A stretch of 64,000 bases of DNA. Origin: Rhodospirillaceae bacterium. GTDB taxonomy: Bacteria > Pseudomonadota > Alphaproteobacteria > UBA6615. The DNA lies in the NCBI GenBank assembly GCA_038117265.1, contig JAYOFO010000008.1, positions 287-64,286 of the forward strand, written 5' to 3'. A model generated the notes under the pieces. It was not told the origin of the DNA, did no database searches, and saw only the letters and a program-made list of their open reading frames with translations. Made by a program: the position numbers and the translations under genes. Within the stretch, counting starts at the first letter, position 1; each line of letters starts with the position of its first letter. Below, piece after piece: positions 60,157-64,000 of the stretch.

Positions 60157-63075
60157 CTAGCGACCGAGGATGCTCTTGAGGCCGTCGCCGACCCCCTCGA
60201 TAACCTTGGACGGTGCATTCAGCACACCGCCCGAACCACCTTCGCCCAGCGGTTTGGTCGGCGTGGCATCGGATTGCCCCTCGGTCTCGGTCGCGAACTT
60301 GACGCAGGGATGGTCGTTGCCGCCCATCTCGGTCAGTCCGATCAAGGCGGCGGGCGGAAACACCACCGCACCGATCAGGCTGCCGATCTTGGCAAGCGAG
60401 ATCACGGCATCCGGAGCGAACGAAGGGTCGTCGAGCGGTCCGCTGACGCGCACAGGAACAGCCAGGCTCAGATCGAGCCCGCGCGGCGACGGCGATATCT
60501 TCAGGTCGTAGCGCTCCTTGCCGAGGTCGATCTTGCCGCTTGCCGTCAACACGATGACTTCGGTGTCGAGCACCCCCACCCTGCTGGTCGCGATTCCCTG
60601 CGCGAGCTCGAAGTCACTCGCCAGGCACTCGACGATCACCCACTCCTTCTTGCCGAGAATCTGGCCGATGCTAGAGAACACGCCGCTCACATAGCCGAGC
60701 CCCTCATTGCGCATCCATCCCTTCGCCATAAGCACCCGGGCATGTCCGTCGAGGCTGCCCATGATCTGGGCGAGTGTCGTTCCCGAGCCCGACAGCGCCA
60801 CGTTCATCGTCCCCTGTCCCTCGACCACGTCGAGATCCGCGAAATCCTTTAACAACTGGCCGAGTTGCAGGTTCGGACCGACGAGCGACAGGTTCACGAG
60901 CGGTGTACCGGCACGCGCGTCAACGTTGAAGGCGCCCCGCAGGTCGCTGCCCGCGTAAGTGGTGACGAGCGGACGGATGTCGAGCACGCCGTCGTCGAGG
61001 ACGATGCGAATGTCCGTGTTCGTGTACGTCCCGTAGGGGGTCAGGAGTTCTCCGGCCTTGAGTGCGATGTCCAACTCGAGCCCGGTGAGAAATTCCAGCG
61101 GCAGTGGATCGTGCGAGAATACGGGCTCGGCTTTGTCGGTTTTCGCCCTCCGCTCCGCTTCCTCGCGCGAGACCAGGTTCGGGCGGTGCGCCTCCTCTTC
61201 GTCCGGGAAGTAATGCGTCAGGTCGAAGCGCCCCGTTTCGAGCCTCGCCTCGATCATCGGCACCGCGCCGCTCAGGTCGACCCGACCGCTGCCTTTCAGT
61301 TCGGAGCCGTTGTTGCGCAGGTCCATGCGTTCGAACATCGCTTGCGTCTCGTCACCCTTGAGCGCGATTGCGATGTCGAGCGGACCGACATCGGGAAGTT
61401 CCGCGCCGATCAGGGGTTCGAAGAAGTCCAGGGTCTGTCCATCCGCCGTCACGCTGATGTCGTACGACGCCCGCAGCGTGTCGCCCGAGCGATCGACATT
61501 CACGGTCCCGGTGATCCGGCTGCGGTCGACCGCGACGTTCCCGAGCTCGACGGTCGCCTTGTCCAGCGTCCCCACGGCCTTGATGTCGCCATCGATGCTT
61601 CCGACGTTGGCGACGTCGTTCCCCAGATAGGGCCGCAGGACATCCAGCGACTGCTCTTTCGCCTGCAGCGACACGTCGTAGGCGAGCTTCGGTTCGCCCT
61701 CGATATCGTCGACGTTCACGCGGCCCGCAACGGTCGTTCCGCTCGCCCGGACATCCGTGATCTCGATCCGCGCCTTGGCCCGATCGCCCTCGAAGCGGAC
61801 GACCCCGCGGATCGGTCCGAAGTCCGGCAAGCTCGTCCCCGCGAACGGTTCAGCAATTGCTAGGGTCTGGCCATCGGCGGTCAGGCTCAGATCGTAGGCG
61901 ACGGCCGGAGGCTCGGCCGCCAGGCCAATCGTCACCGACCCGGAAAGCCGGCTCTTGTCCACGATGACGGCGTTGGGCTCCAGCCTGGCCTGCGCGAGAT
62001 TGCCGATGATGTTGATCGAGCCGGTCAGCGGGCCCAGCGTGTCGAGCGGCAGCCCCGTGTAGATCGAGGTCAAGCGCAAGGATTGACCGTCCAGGACGAG
62101 CCTGAGGTCGTAATCGAGCGTGGCGTCACCGGCGACGTCGGCGCGTGCCTCGCCTTCGAGGCGAAACCGATCGGTCTCGAACAATATGTCCTCGACGACC
62201 GGCCTCTCGGTTTGTCCGGTGACATGCGCGGACAGGCTGATGCGCCCGAGCGGCGGAAGCTTTGCCCCGACGAAGGTCTGGATCGTCTCCAGCCCGTTGC
62301 CCGAAATCAGGATGTCGACGTCGAAACCTTCCGGATTGGCCGGTTGGCGCACGCCGCCGTCGATCTGCACGTCGAACCCCAGCACCTGGCCGACCAGGGT
62401 GACCGGGACGGGCTCGCCGCCCGACATGATCGCTTCCAGCGAACCCACGCGTCCGCTCAACGCGACCGTCGCGACATTCTCTGCCACTCGCAGGTCGCCG
62501 GCGATGTCGATATCGAGCGGACCGTCAGGCTCCTCGGGAACGGCGATGGCCTTCTGCAGGTCGAATATGGTGGTCGTCCCGGCCGCACCGTCGACCACGG
62601 TGACCTTGAGCTTCTCAATCACTGCCTGTTCGAAACCGATAACCAGGCCGCCACCATTCTCCCGACGGCCGTCGGAAGCATCCTCTCCGAAATCCAGGTT
62701 GCTGCGCCCGTCGGCCGCATTCTCGATCACCACATCGGTGTCGCGGAGCGTGATGTGCCCGGCGCGAAACGTGCCGCCAAGCAACGGCAGAAGCGCGAAC
62801 TCGACATCGAACGTGCCGATCCGCAGCATTTCCCGATGCGTGCCCCACTCGGCGTTGGACAGGCGCACATCGCGCAGGAGGAGCCGTGTGTCGAGCCCGA
62901 TGTCGAGATCGATCGGACCGCCGAACGTGACCGTTCGCCCCGTCACGGCCGCCACCATCCGCGCGACGCGATCCTTGTGTTCGTTGGGATCGAAGTTCAA
63001 CGCATACGCCACGCCCGCGACCATGACGACCACGGTCAGCACCACGACGATCTTCAAGACAGTGCGCACGCGCAT
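60157..63075 (-). CDS. AsmA family outer-membrane biogenesis protein (second AsmA-like giant protein)
   Basis: ~970 aa, N-terminal TM helix, long repeat-rich beta region, C-terminal AsmA_2-like block (GYVSGVFSSIGQILGKKEWVIVECLASDFELAQGIATSRVGVLDTEVIVLTASGKIDLGKERYDLKISPSP); start at MRVRTVLKIVVVL. Confidence 0.7.
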   Translation of the reverse strand: MRVRTVLKIVVVLTVVVMVAGVAYALNFDPNEHKDRVARMVAAVTGRTVTFGGPIDLDIGLDTRLLLRDVRLSNAEWGTHREMLRIGTFDVEFALLPLLGGTFRAGHITLRDTDVVIENAADGRSNLDFGEDASDGRRENGGGLVIGFEQAVIEKLKVTVVDGAAGTTTIFDLQKAIAVPEEPDGPLDIDIAGDLRVAENVATVALSGRVGSLEAIMSGGEPVPVTLVGQVLGFDVQIDGGVRQPANPEGFDVDILISGNGLETIQTFVGAKLPPLGRISLSAHVTGQTERPVVEDILFETDRFRLEGEARADVAGDATLDYDLRLVLDGQSLRLTSIYTGLPLDTLGPLTGSINIIGNLAQARLEPNAVIVDKSRLSGSVTIGLAAEPPAVAYDLSLTADGQTLAIAEPFAGTSLPDFGPIRGVVRFEGDRAKARIEITDVRASGTTVAGRVNVDDIEGEPKLAYDVSLQAKEQSLDVLRPYLGNDVANVGSIDGDIKAVGTLDKATVELGNVAVDRSRITGTVNVDRSGDTLRASYDISVTADGQTLDFFEPLIGAELPDVGPLDIAIALKGDETQAMFERMDLRNNGSELKGSGRVDLSGAVPMIEARLETGRFDLTHYFPDEEEAHRPNLVSREEAERRAKTDKAEPVFSHDPLPLEFLTGLELDIALKAGELLTPYGTYTNTDIRIVLDDGVLDIRPLVTTYAGSDLRGAFNVDARAGTPLVNLSLVGPNLQLGQLLKDFADLDVVEGQGTMNVALSGSGTTLAQIMGSLDGHARVLMAKGWMRNEGLGYVSGVFSSIGQILGKKEWVIVECLASDFELAQGIATSRVGVLDTEVIVLTASGKIDLGKERYDLKISPSPRGLDLSLAVPVRVSGPLDDPSFAPDAVISLAKIGSLIGAVVFPPAALIGLTEMGGNDHPCVKFATETEGQSDATPTKPLGEGGSGGVLNAPSKVIEGVGDGLKSILGR

Positions 63076-63199
63076 CCGGATATCCCTGAACGGGCTGCAG
63101 ATCACGGGACCCGACAGCGTTCGGACTCATAACTTAGGACCGGGGCATGCGCGAGGCCATTTGCGGCGAAAGCCGCGAACTCCACGGAATCGCCTCAAT

Positions 63200-64000
63200 T
63201 CAGCCGTTTCGCGGGTCGAAACCGAGGAACTTCCAGCTCGCCCGGAGGGTTTCGTCGAGCGGCGCTTCGAGCTCGAGCCGCCCCCCGTGGCCGGGATGCG
63301 GCAGCGAAAGGCGGCACGCATGCAGATGCAGCCGCCGGTCCAGGCCCTCGACATGGCTCTCATGACCGCCATACTTGGCGTCGCCCACGATCGGGGTGCC
63401 CATCGCCGCACAATGCACGCGAAGCTGGTGGGTTCGTCCCGTCATCGGCCGCAGTTCGAGCCAGGCGACACGTTGACCGGCATGGTCGATGACCCGAAAG
63501 GCGGTCTCGGCCGGCTGCCCCTCATCGCTGGGCGCCATACGCTGCTGTCCGGGCCGTCCCTGCTTCGAAAGCGGTGCGTCGATGGTCCCCATATCCTCGT
63601 CCGGAACGCCGCAGACCAGCGCCCAGTACACCTTCTCCACCTCGCGGCCGCGGAACATGGCGGTGAGTTCCTGCGCCGCCCGGCGCGTGCGCGCGAGCAC
63701 CAGCAACCCGCTCGTGTCCTTGTCCAGCCTGTGGACGAGCCGCGGACGTTCGGAGGCCTCGAAGCGCAGCGCATCGAGCATCCCGTCGAGATGCCGCGTC
63801 GTGCGCGAACCGCCCTGCACGGCAAGCCCCGACGGTTTGTTAAGCGCGATCAGGAAATCGTCGCGATAGACGACGAGGTCGCGCATCTCTTCGGCATCGC
63901 GCCTCGCGACCGGCCGCGGCCCGTCCGGCGGTACGGTCGGCTCCGCGACGAAAGGCGGCAGGCGCACCTCCTGCCCCGGTTCGAGCCGCTGACCCGGTTT
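63200..64000 (-). CDS. RluA family pseudouridine synthase (partial; 5' end beyond window)
   Basis: Catalytic Asp motif HRLDKDTSGLLVLART, C-terminal conserved block; ORF open to the window edge. Confidence 0.75.
   Translation of the reverse strand, partial: KPGQRLEPGQEVRLPPFVAEPTVPPDGPRPVARRDAEEMRDLVVYRDDFLIALNKPSGLAVQGGSRTTRHLDGMLDALRFEASERPRLVHRLDKDTSGLLVLARTRRAAQELTAMFRGREVEKVYWALVCGVPDEDMGTIDAPLSKQGRPGQQRMAPSDEGQPAETAFRVIDHAGQRVAWLELRPMTGRTHQLRVHCAAMGTPIVGDAKYGGHESHVEGLDRRLHLHACRLSLPHPGHGGRLELEAPLDETLRASWKFLGFDPRNG

Overview
This 64 kb window is a high-GC (about 65-70%) chromosomal segment with the gene content of an alphaproteobacterium, densely packed with housekeeping genes on both strands. 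It contains no integrase, transposase, CRISPR array or recognisable defence system, and there are no rRNA genes.

Annotated features, left to right:
- A SixA-like histidine phosphatase followed by an NrtR-like Nudix-related regulator.
- A quinone oxidoreductase convergent with a minus-strand bicupin / UxaA-family dehydratase / SDR module, then the cbpA-cbpM co-chaperone pair.
- A tRNA-Met(CAU) with its terminator, directly abutted by a frameshifted, truncated FtsX/YbbP-type ABC permease remnant and its intact ATPase partner.
- An EamA transporter, RidA, an esterase and mnmA.
- A 10.7 kb extended SUF iron-sulfur cluster operon: cysE, an Rrf2 regulator, two nifS-like desulfurases, sufB, sufC, sufD, sufS, sufU, sufT, iscA, a 2Fe-2S ferredoxin and a TenA-like gene.
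- Divergent anmK and tyrS, a YhdP/AsmA-like giant protein, glnE, bcp and a DUF455 protein.
- prfB with its classical programmed +1 frameshift site (CTT TGA C), then mrcA, an AmiC-like amidase, a 418 nt structured leader and rne.
- An aminotransferase, GGT, an M48 protease, DsbA, maiA, an S9 peptidase, mgtE, lipB and acyP.
- pccA and pccB, split by a 2.7 kb plus-strand insert, followed by ATP12, a second AsmA-family protein and a partial RluA synthase.

The most unusual observation is in the pccA-pccB insert. A TlpA/redoxin-type thioredoxin-fold gene carries an in-frame TGA exactly at the redox-active cysteine position (WASW-TGA-RC). This is either a selenocysteine codon or a decay lesion. Its neighbours are a 5'-truncated class III nucleotidyl cyclase and an in-frame TAG upstream, so decay is a serious alternative. 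Many long ORFs in the six-frame track are antisense or shadow artefacts of the high GC content and were rejected.
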